63,820 nt of DNA from Candidatus Gottesmanbacteria bacterium (lineage in GTDB: Bacteria > Patescibacteriota > Microgenomatia > JACOXO01). Below are positions 43,646-51,199 of the stretch, piece by piece. Position 1 is the first letter of the stretch. Each line of letters starts with the position of its first letter. The notes beneath the pieces were generated by a model that worked only from the letters and a program-made list of their open reading frames with translations, was not told the origin of the DNA and searched no databases. The translations under genes and the position numbers were made by a program. The stretch lies in NCBI GenBank assembly GCA_016182365.1, contig JACOXO010000018.1, forward strand, positions 1-63,820, given 5' to 3'.

Positions 43646-45199
43646 TTACCCTAAGCTTTTTCTCATAATAGCAGAATTTTCAATTAAATGGGGTATTATT
43701 TTAGTGTTTGTGTAAAAATGCATTAGCTTTTCAGATAATTTATGATGCTCTTTTTCTTCTTGGGCCTGTGGTCTCAGTTCTATTTTGAAAATCCTTTCAA
43801 TATCGGCAATATCAGTTTGAATTTCCTGCCAATAAGAAGAAGTGGAAGATAGTTTTTTGAGATTATTTTTGTTTAAATATTTTCCAGCTTTTGTTAAATC
43901 TGAAATTAACTGGGGATAATATTTTTCCAAAATACTAAGGCTTCCAATTTTTTTAATTGCCAACAATGCTCTGCCTGTACCAATAAGCTCCGGTGGGACA
44001 CCTAAAGAATATAGGGAGGCTGTAAAGGAAATTGCTCTTGGCAGTTTTACTCTACCCAAACCTCTTGAATAACCAAAAAGTCCAACATGCTGGACTCTCT
44101 CCCGTCTTTGAGGTACAAATTTGGCAATATAATTAATGTTATCGGCAATACCTTCAATTGTTTTTCTGTAATACAATTCAAAAATCGGAATAAGTTGTCT
44201 TAATATTAATTCATCTTTTCTGGTAATTTTTACCGTATTACGAGTGTGAAGTTGTGTGTTTATTAAATTTATGGCTTTTATTACATCTTCTTTTTTAAAA
44301 TCATACCTGAATGCGCTTTGTAAAAGCACGGTTCTTATTCCAGTGTATAAATCCATAAATTCATAAGCCGTACGTGGCGATAATCCTCCCCTAAATGGTA
44401 AAGAGGCAGAACCGATGATTGGATAAAGTTTAATTCCTGACTCTTTTTCAAAATCTAAATATCTTGATAAGGCGATTTTAATGGCAAGTACAGTAGGTAC
44501 AATTCCGGAGTTGAGAGCTGGATCGCTTCTTGCCACATAAGGTCTTAAATATTTTGGCTTTTTTCCAAATTGAAGTTTAGATAAAGTTAGATAATCTCTT
44601 AAAATATTATCTGAATGAATAATTGTGTCCACCTGTTCAAAAAGAGGAATTATTTCTAAATGTTTTAAGCTGTCATTATCCAGTTTGTGTAGTGGATGTT
44701 TTAATGTAGTTAACTCAACAAATGCTTCCTGTACAGATATCATTTCTGATGCTGATTCAGTCATGGGTAGAATTACTTCAAAAAGAGGAGGGGAGTGGAG
44801 TTTAACTTTTTTAGCAAGGGCGGAAGAGCCTAAAATCACCATGAATGCCCTTGTTAATCTAAACTCAGTTTCCACTTTAGGGTTGGGGAGTCTGAATGTT
44901 AAAAATTTCTCTTTCCCCAGGGGAGCTTTTTTAAAGAAATCGAAGTGCTCACTTAACAAATGTTCAACAACGCTCTCGTCGACAAATTTTCCCTCCCAGT
45001 CCCATTTATATTCATCAACACCAAGTTCTTTATAAGTAAGAACTAGTTCGGTAATTTCACTTCTTGAGCTTATGAATTCTTTGGGATGCCAGAAGGGTTT
45101 GGAAGCGTGATCAGGATGCTGAGAAGCCATGGTCGCCGGTATTTTTCTCATATAGTCAGGATGTATTATATACGATTTATAAACAGAGTACTTATCCAC
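43646..45199 (-). CDS. Archaeal-type phosphoenolpyruvate carboxylase (PepcA, about 500 aa)
   Basis: IPATMASQHPDHA...YKWDWEGKFVDESVV...LTFRLPNP...LFEVILPMTES match the PepcA N-terminal signature. The true start may be Met17 (MRKIPATM, about 45151). Confidence 0.8.
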   Translation of the reverse strand: MDKYSVYKSYIIHPDYMRKIPATMASQHPDHASKPFWHPKEFISSRSEITELVLTYKELGVDEYKWDWEGKFVDESVVEHLLSEHFDFFKKAPLGKEKFLTFRLPNPKVETEFRLTRAFMVILGSSALAKKVKLHSPPLFEVILPMTESASEMISVQEAFVELTTLKHPLHKLDNDSLKHLEIIPLFEQVDTIIHSDNILRDYLTLSKLQFGKKPKYLRPYVARSDPALNSGIVPTVLAIKIALSRYLDFEKESGIKLYPIIGSASLPFRGGLSPRTAYEFMDLYTGIRTVLLQSAFRYDFKKEDVIKAINLINTQLHTRNTVKITRKDELILRQLIPIFELYYRKTIEGIADNINYIAKFVPQRRERVQHVGLFGYSRGLGRVKLPRAISFTASLYSLGVPPELIGTGRALLAIKKIGSLSILEKYYPQLISDLTKAGKYLNKNNLKKLSSTSSYWQEIQTDIADIERIFKIELRPQAQEEKEHHKLSEKLMHFYTNTKIIPHLIENSAIMRKSLG

Positions 45200-45207
45200 T
45201 TCAAAAT

Positions 45208-45231
45208 TAACCTTATTTATGCTAGTGTGGA
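45208..45231. repeat. 24-bp direct repeat, copy 1 (TAACCTTATTTATGCTAGTGTGGA), within a hairpin-capable 36-mer
   Basis: Identical 24-mer at 45880-45903. Local arms TTAACCT/AGGTTAA. Lies 14 nt upstream of the ATG at 45246. Confidence 0.85.
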
Positions 45232-45245
45232 AGTTAGGTTAATTT

Positions 45246-45875
45246 ATGGATAATCAAATACCCTTTGAAAAACTTGTAAACATTCTTCTAAAAGAACAAA
45301 AACAAGAGTATTTAAGGCTAAGAAATGAAAAACTAAAAAGAATACTTCTACTTTTGGGAAAAGGGGTTGTGTTAGCAACAATAATCGCAGCACCAAATAC
45401 TGCACGTCATTTTAAAGGATTTTTTTATGAAAAATCTGATTGGAACCAGTGGAAGATTTTTAATACTTATTATTTAAAACGAACATTAAGAAAACTAGAA
45501 AAACAAAAATTAATTGAAGTAGGCAATCATGATGGTTACGCAGAAGTAAAAATATCTGAAGCTGGACGAAGAAGAATTCTTAAATTCGGAATTGATAATC
45601 TTAATGTTGAGAAACCAGCACATTGGGACGGTAAATGGCGTTTAGTATTTTATGACGTTTTGGGTGGTAGGAGAGTTTTGCGTGATAAATTTCGGTCTTA
45701 TTTAAAACTTGCTGGTTTTTATCAACTTCAGGAAAGCGTTTATTTGCATGCTTTTCCATGCGAGAAGGAAATGGAGTTTTTAAAGTATTATTTAGGAATT
45801 GGAAGCGAAGTACAAATTATTATTGCTGAAAGTATAGAGAATGACCTTGAATTTAGAGAATTTTTTGGAGTTTAA
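45246..45875 (+). CDS. PaaX-like protein (wHTH plus Cas2-fold PaaX_C-like domain), putative regulator
   Basis: 209 aa. One N-terminal hydrophobic segment; YYLKRTLRKLEKQKLIEV (wHTH-like); WDGKWRLVFYDVLGGRRVLRDKFRSYLKLAGFYQLQESVYLHAFP (PaaX C-terminal pattern). Confidence 0.5.
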   Translation: MDNQIPFEKLVNILLKEQKQEYLRLRNEKLKRILLLLGKGVVLATIIAAPNTARHFKGFFYEKSDWNQWKIFNTYYLKRTLRKLEKQKLIEVGNHDGYAEVKISEAGRRRILKFGIDNLNVEKPAHWDGKWRLVFYDVLGGRRVLRDKFRSYLKLAGFYQLQESVYLHAFPCEKEMEFLKYYLGIGSEVQIIIAESIENDLEFREFFGV

Positions 45876-45879
45876 ATTT

Positions 45880-45903
45880 TAACCTTATTTATGCTAGTGT
45901 GGA
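45880..45903. repeat. 24-bp direct repeat, copy 2
   Basis: Starts 5 nt after the stop codon of the PaaX-like gene. Local arms TAACCTTA/TAAGGTTA. Confidence 0.85.
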
Positions 45904-45962
45904 TTTAAGGTTATTAGGAATATTGCTCTATATGCTTGATTTTGGTACAATTTAGGGACTTT

Positions 45963-46010
45963 GGGGCGGTAGCTTAGGTTGGCAAGAGCGTTTCGTTGAC
46001 ATCCGCCTGC
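45963..46010 (+). pseudogene. tRNA-Val-like 5' half (acceptor 5' strand to anticodon loop) joined to CCGCCTGCCA
   Basis: GGGGCGG-TA-GCTT-AGGTTGGCAA-GAGC-G-TTTCG-TTGACAT, then CCGCCTG-CCA. GGCAAGAGCGTTTCGTTGACATC (23 nt) is identical to the adjacent tRNA-Val. No T arm. Confidence 0.55.
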
Positions 46011-46018
46011 CATAGTGC

Positions 46019-46092
46019 GACCACTTAGCTCAGTTGGCAAGAGCGTTTCGTTGACATCGAAAAGGTCGGTGGTCCGAGTCCACCAGTGGTCA
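46019..46092 (+). tRNA. tRNA-Val (anticodon GAC)
   Basis: GACCACT-TA-GCTC-AGTTGGCAA-GAGC-G-TTTCG-TTGACAT-CGAAA-AGGTC-GGTGG-TCCGAGT-CCACC-AGTGGTC-A. Confidence 0.8.
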
Positions 46093-46105
46093 CTAAGCTG
46101 GTATT

Positions 46106-46166
46106 GGGTTTCCCGCGAAGCGGGATCCCGCAATCATTAGAATTTGTAATAAATATTTGTGCGGGA
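46106..46166 (+). repeat. GC-rich hairpin module at the tRNA-Val 3' flank, homologous to 1114-1187
   Basis: GGTTTCCCGC..., TCCCGC-GAA-GCGGGA (46111-25), then CCCGCA-N27(AT-rich)-TGCGGG (46127-46165). Shares GGTTTCCCGC, CCCGCAA and TGCGGGAC with the tRNA-Arg flank. Confidence 0.6.
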
Positions 46167-46191
46167 CAAGTCCCTTTCCGCCCACACAGTT

Positions 46192-47595
46192 ATGAACAGA
46201 GATAAACTTGTAGTTTCTCATGCAAATCCTGCCGAAGGAAATTATCTTGATCAACCAGCTCAAGCTAAAAAAGAGATAGAAGCTTTATTACCTCCAAATT
46301 TATTTAATGGTTTAATGGGTGTAACATTTAACGAATATCAGATTCCATGTGATGCGGTAGTCTATTCAAGGTTAATTCAAAAGCATAAATACCAAGAATT
46401 TCCAGAGAATACAGGAATACTTGAACAAATTAAAAGAGTAGAAAAGGGGAAACTAGTGCTGATGAGATATAAACTTCCTGGGGAGGATAGATATAATAAA
46501 AGATCACCAGAAAAAAGAGATGTTGTTCTCTTATTTGCCGGAGTAATAGAAGAGTATAACCCAAATAGACAATATATTGGAGATATTGAAAGCGGTGATA
46601 TAAAACTAAAAAGAGGTATTATTATCGCAGACGCAGATGTGAAATTTGATGGATTTTACCATGAAGGAGAAATTAAAGCATCAAAAGGAAATCCATTTGG
46701 GATACGTTCTGGTAAAGTACCTGTTGCTGTCATCACTCAGTTTCAAGAAATAAATCTTGGTCGTCAACTTGAAGGATTTGATGAGTATGCGTTGTATGCT
46801 GTAATGCAAGAAAGAGTTAAACCTTATCAGGAAGAAGATTTTAGAAGACTCAAGTTGGAACTATACCCATCAAATCCAAATCTACTTAAAGAGGCTGAAG
46901 CTAACACTTATGATTTATATTTAAATTGGATTGAAAAAGAATTAGACAATCGTGGTGAAGATACCTTTAGAGCGATAGAAGAAGTACTAAAAAGACAACT
47001 TACAGAAATTCATGAAAGACTTAACAATTTACCATTAGAGAAAGAGCAATATCTAGCTGATTTGAGCTTTACCAAGTCTATCTTAGACGCTCTTAAAGCT
47101 AAGCAAAAAAAGGCTCCTCCAAGAACCTCAGAAGCTTTGATAGTTAGCGAAAGTTTAAAGGAAGTTTTCCAAACCCACGGTTTTGAATTATCAGCCATAA
47201 ACCCTTTATTTTATCCTTATTATCGGCAAGTAATCTTCAAAATAGCAGAAAATCAGGCATATGCAAGTGAAGCTGAAAAACAAAAACATTTAAACGAGCT
47301 AACTCAAAGTTTGGATGCAACACCTGAAAGTATTATCGATACCTTTCCAGAAATAAAATATGACATTAGAAGTATTACTAATATACAAGCTGTTTTCACT
47401 AAAAACTTAAATACATTCCTTGAAATTGTTCCAGAAGAAAATAGAAGAGTAATTTCTAGACAGTTGAAGAGACTTTATTCACATTATTTCCATCCTGACA
47501 CTACTCCGTTTGCCAAGGATATAACTCAAGAATTATTTAAAATCGGTTTTCCACAATATAACATCCTCGAAAATCAATTTAAAACCAAAACTTGA
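46192..47595 (+). CDS. Hypothetical protein (467 aa)
   Basis: Preferred start is the ATG at 46192 (MNRDKLVVSH...). The track GTG start at 46159 lies inside the hairpin module. No recognisable family. Confidence 0.55.
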   Translation: MNRDKLVVSHANPAEGNYLDQPAQAKKEIEALLPPNLFNGLMGVTFNEYQIPCDAVVYSRLIQKHKYQEFPENTGILEQIKRVEKGKLVLMRYKLPGEDRYNKRSPEKRDVVLLFAGVIEEYNPNRQYIGDIESGDIKLKRGIIIADADVKFDGFYHEGEIKASKGNPFGIRSGKVPVAVITQFQEINLGRQLEGFDEYALYAVMQERVKPYQEEDFRRLKLELYPSNPNLLKEAEANTYDLYLNWIEKELDNRGEDTFRAIEEVLKRQLTEIHERLNNLPLEKEQYLADLSFTKSILDALKAKQKKAPPRTSEALIVSESLKEVFQTHGFELSAINPLFYPYYRQVIFKIAENQAYASEAEKQKHLNELTQSLDATPESIIDTFPEIKYDIRSITNIQAVFTKNLNTFLEIVPEENRRVISRQLKRLYSHYFHPDTTPFAKDITQELFKIGFPQYNILENQFKTKT

Positions 47596-47613
47596 GTCGA
47601 TAACTTAGAAGGG

Positions 47614-48804
47614 CTAAATTACTTTTAACTTTTTCCCAATTTTCTCTATTTTCTTAATTCCAAGATCTAAGTCTTTTTTAGTGTGAGTTGCTGAAGGCAT
47701 AAGCCTTAATCTTGCAGTTCCTAGTGGCACCATTGGGAATTTGATTGGTGTTGCCATTACTCCTTCTTTAAATAATTCCATAGAATACTGCTTTGCAGTA
47801 TTTTCATCTCCTATCATAAGGGGAGTAATTGGGGTTTCACTTTTGCCAATATCAAAATCTAACTTTTGCAACTCATCTTTTAGATATTTGGTATTATCCC
47901 AAAGTCTTTTAAGTTCACGGTCACTTTTTGCCAGTATATCAACAGCTGCAATTAAAGCCGCAGTGTCCGGAATTGAAAGGGCATTGGTAAACAAAAATTG
48001 TCTTGCTTTTTGCCTGTAATATTCAACAAGTTCTTTATTTCCGGTTATAAATCCTCCCATTACTCCGAATGCTTTGGATAAGGTTCCTACTTCAATATCT
48101 ACTTTCCCATGAAGATGAAAATGGTCAACTATGCCTCTGCCGTTTTTACCCAATACTCCTTCTCCATGGGCATCATCAACCATTAAATATGCTCCGATTT
48201 CTTTTGCAACTTTCACAAGATCTGGAAGAGGTGCAAGATCTCCATCCATGGAAAATACTCCATCGGTAACTATAAGTATGGTTCTTTTTTTAAACTTTAA
48301 GATCTCGGGAATTTGTCTTCTTAAATCCTTTACATCAGCATGTTTATAAATAAACTTGTTTTTGCATCCTGAAAGTCTTACAGCATCAATTATTGAAGCG
48401 TGGTTTAATTCGTCTGATATTACGATATCTTCTTTTCCAATTAGTGTTTGTATTGCAGCCATGTTGGCAAGGTATCCACCAGTTAAAAGTAAGCAGCCCT
48501 CGGCTTTTTTAAATCTTGCCAGTTTTTCCTCAAGTTCTATATGCAAGGAATTTGTACCAATTAAAGATCTTACTGAGGCTGTACCAACACCGTATTTTTC
48601 AATTGCCCTGATTGCTGCTTTTTTAAGTCTAGGGTCTGAGGCCAGACCTACATAATTATTTGAACAAAGATTTAAATATTTTTTTCCATTAATGTTTAAA
48701 TATGCTCCCTGCTCGGAATCCACTGTCTTTATATTATTATATAATCCCTTCTGCTTCATCGAAGTTAAGGTGGTCTCAATAAAGTTTTGTCTCATAATTT
48801 TCAA
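47614..48804 (-). CDS. kbl: 2-amino-3-ketobutyrate CoA ligase (glycine C-acetyltransferase)
   Basis: 396 aa. NLCSNNYVGLA; SDELNHASIIDA; TDGVFSMDGD; MVDDAHGEG; PLP lysine in GTLSKAFG. Adjacent to tdh. Confidence 0.85.
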   Translation of the reverse strand: MKIMRQNFIETTLTSMKQKGLYNNIKTVDSEQGAYLNINGKKYLNLCSNNYVGLASDPRLKKAAIRAIEKYGVGTASVRSLIGTNSLHIELEEKLARFKKAEGCLLLTGGYLANMAAIQTLIGKEDIVISDELNHASIIDAVRLSGCKNKFIYKHADVKDLRRQIPEILKFKKRTILIVTDGVFSMDGDLAPLPDLVKVAKEIGAYLMVDDAHGEGVLGKNGRGIVDHFHLHGKVDIEVGTLSKAFGVMGGFITGNKELVEYYRQKARQFLFTNALSIPDTAALIAAVDILAKSDRELKRLWDNTKYLKDELQKLDFDIGKSETPITPLMIGDENTAKQYSMELFKEGVMATPIKFPMVPLGTARLRLMPSATHTKKDLDLGIKKIEKIGKKLKVI

Positions 48805-48907
48805 TTTTCAAGTTCCAATTTTCAATAAATTTTTAAATTTTACAATTTAATAATCGGAGCATTGATAATTCATTGATAATTGATAATTGGTAATTGTAAA
48901 TTTTATA
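48805..48907. repeat. Low-complexity AT-rich spacer between tdh and kbl
   Basis: CAATTTTCAA variants, and TTGATAAT repeated three times (CATTGATAATTCATTGATAATTGATAATTGG). Confidence 0.5.
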
Positions 48908-49930
48908 TTATGGTTTCAAAAGAATTTTACCAGCTTTACCGGATTTCATAATCTCCATTGCTTTATCAAACTCGGATAATTTAAATCTATGGGTAATAAT
49001 TTTAGTTAAATCTACTTTTTTATTTTTCAATAAATCAGTCGTCTGAAACCATGTTTCCCAGATTCTTCGGCCAAATACAGATTTAATTGTTATTTCTTTA
49101 TTAATAAGGTACTTACCAACATTTAAAATAACTTCCTTTTTGGGTATACCAAATGCAACAAATACTCCGGCAATTCTAATGGCTTCCAGACCAACGGTAA
49201 AGACTTCACTATTTCCGGTCATTTCCAAAACACAGTCAAAAGAACTGTATTCTCTTTTTGGAATCTCTGATAATACTCTGTCAAAACCCATTTTCTTTGC
49301 AAGTTTTCTTCTAAACTCACCCCTGTTTATTCCTACTACTTCTTTTGCTCCGTAAGCTTTAGCAACTGCGCCAGCACAGAGTCCGGTTGGGCCAAGACCC
49401 AAAACTAATACTTTTTTACCAGTAACTTTTGCCTTGGTTACAACGTGAACTGCATTCCCCAATGGTTCCTGTACACTCATGGCTTCAATTGGAATTGCCG
49501 GGTCATTTTTCCAGGTGGTTTTAATTGGAATTGTTGCATATTCGGCGAATCCGCCATTCCTACCTATTCCAAAAAGCTCCATGTTTTCACAAATGTGACG
49601 GTTGTTTATAAGACACTGATAACATTTATTGCAAAAAATATGGGTCTCTGATGAAACAATATCTCCTTTTTTAAGATGAGTTGGGGAGGTGCTATTTATT
49701 TCTATGACTTTTCCAACAACTTCATGTCCGATTACAATTGGAGGTTTTATATATGAAGCAGCCCAGGCATTCCAGTCATAGATTCCAATATCTGTTCCGC
49801 AGATTGATGAATAAAGAACTTTAATTAATACTTCTCCTTTTTGGGGAATTGGGACTGGGATTCTTTTTATTACAACTCCTGGAGCAGGTTTCTCTTTGAC
49901 AACCGCAAGCATCAATTTTTTAGAATTCAT
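48908..49930 (-). CDS. tdh: L-threonine 3-dehydrogenase (Zn-dependent MDR family)
   Basis: Preferred start is MNSKKLMLAVV at 49930, 10 nt after TGTATATT; the track starts at 49963. SSICGTDIGIYDWNAWA..IVIGHEVVGKV; structural Zn Cys cluster CNKCYQC..C; GLGPTGL. Confidence 0.85.
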   Translation of the reverse strand: MNSKKLMLAVVKEKPAPGVVIKRIPVPIPQKGEVLIKVLYSSICGTDIGIYDWNAWAASYIKPPIVIGHEVVGKVIEINSTSPTHLKKGDIVSSETHIFCNKCYQCLINNRHICENMELFGIGRNGGFAEYATIPIKTTWKNDPAIPIEAMSVQEPLGNAVHVVTKAKVTGKKVLVLGLGPTGLCAGAVAKAYGAKEVVGINRGEFRRKLAKKMGFDRVLSEIPKREYSSFDCVLEMTGNSEVFTVGLEAIRIAGVFVAFGIPKKEVILNVGKYLINKEITIKSVFGRRIWETWFQTTDLLKNKKVDLTKIITHRFKLSEFDKAMEIMKSGKAGKILLKP

Positions 49931-50033
49931 ATTTGTTGGCAATATACAGTATATGAGACGCAAAATATCAAATAATCATTCTATAAATTTGTATTTTTAT
50001 TATTTTCTACTATAATTCCTTCACAAAATATAT

Positions 50034-50942
50034 ATGTTAATAGAAAAACCAAACTTTGAAATAGGTGGAGATATTTTTCCTTATGATACCTTTCTTGCTT
50101 TACTGCGATCTGCAAATATTACAGATCCTGAAAGCTTATCCGATAACAGTAATCAGAATTTTATGAGTATCCTACAAGCTTCTTACGAAAGACAACAAGC
50201 TTTATTGATAGTTTCTGCAACTAACATTGATCATAGAAAATGGCACCATGACAGAACATATTTTGCTGGCGATCCTAATAATGAATATATTCTTTTAAAA
50301 ATTGATAAACCCATAGAAAAAGGTTCATACCCAACCCATATCAGTTATGTTTCAAATACGCCGGGGCAAACCACTGAAGATAGTATTGATCTTGTAATTT
50401 CTAGCGGTACAAATGTTATAAGTATTTTACAGAATTCACCGAGTTATATAACTCCTGAAATGGAAACTGATCCTAGAATGCTTAGGCGGTTCAAAAAATT
50501 TTTACTAGGAAAGTGGTCTTTTGAGAGAAGTCTAAAAAGAACTGTTAGAACAGATGAGTTTGAAGTAGAAACTTCATATGATCTTTATCCACATACGTTT
50601 AGAATCAACCAACATACACGACCAAGAAATCAAGAATCAGTTGTTCCAGCCTTGAGTGTATTAGATATGGGAGGATCACTTAGTATGAGTCTCTGGCAGC
50701 CCGACGGTAAAGGTTTATGTGGAGTCGAATATAATATTGAAGCTGATGGAAGTTATCATATGAAATTTGACCCGAGATTATATAAATTAAATCCAAACGA
50801 TCCAAATCTTGCACAGTTTATGGTAAGGTCACTTTCTAATGATAAGTATTTTGAGGTACCAATGCTAATAGACCCTCAAGATGTTTATGCTAAACTTGCT
50901 AAAGGTATACCTGCAATATATTTTGATATAAAAGATCGTTGA
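50034..50942 (+). CDS. Hypothetical protein (302 aa)
   Basis: Long ORF with no recognisable family. Confidence 0.5.
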   Translation: MLIEKPNFEIGGDIFPYDTFLALLRSANITDPESLSDNSNQNFMSILQASYERQQALLIVSATNIDHRKWHHDRTYFAGDPNNEYILLKIDKPIEKGSYPTHISYVSNTPGQTTEDSIDLVISSGTNVISILQNSPSYITPEMETDPRMLRRFKKFLLGKWSFERSLKRTVRTDEFEVETSYDLYPHTFRINQHTRPRNQESVVPALSVLDMGGSLSMSLWQPDGKGLCGVEYNIEADGSYHMKFDPRLYKLNPNDPNLAQFMVRSLSNDKYFEVPMLIDPQDVYAKLAKGIPAIYFDIKDR

Positions 50943-50961
50943 CAAAAAAGGTGGTGATTTT

Positions 50962-51150
50962 ATGAAAAAAGAAGCACCTATTTGGGTTGATATGAGCGCG
51001 GTAGACATTGGTGCAGAACCTGAAATTCACGATGGAATGTATGTAACAAGTTTTGCATTAGGAGGAGTATGTGGATCAATTAAAGCACCAGAGAAAATAG
51101 AACCACAAAGTCAACCGTTAATGCCTTTATTTGTAGCAAAAAGCAAATAA
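50962..51150 (+). CDS. Hypothetical small protein (62 aa)
   Basis: ORF with SD-like AAAAGGTGGTGA 5 nt upstream. Followed by an 8-bp hairpin (51148-51180) ahead of thrS. Confidence 0.4.
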   Translation: MKKEAPIWVDMSAVDIGAEPEIHDGMYVTSFALGGVCGSIKAPEKIEPQSQPLMPLFVAKSK

Positions 51151-51199
51151 TACGCTTGCGTTGGAATAAGAGGCGTATTATCATTAACCTAAGTATTTT

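Noticed and set aside
45208-45903. Integron attC sites flanking the PaaX-like cassette
   Set aside because: One arm contains GTTAGGT, which fits GTTRRRY. But no matching RYYYAAC inverse core, no extrahelical-base architecture and no intI gene are evident.
45963-46010. tmRNA 5' end (starts GGGGCGG)
   Set aside because: The continuation is a normal tRNA D arm and a Val anticodon arm. There is no tag reading frame, pseudoknots or 3' tRNA-like half with a T arm.
45894-46133. Track ORF 45894..46133 (-), plus the MRD-starting extensions of ORFs 1151.. and 46159..
   Set aside because: The minus ORF is antisense to tRNA-Val and the tRNA fragment. The two MRD N-termini arise because both ORFs were extended from TTG/GTG-CGG-GAC inside homologous GC-rich hairpins. 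The ATG starts at 1202 and 46192 are preferred.
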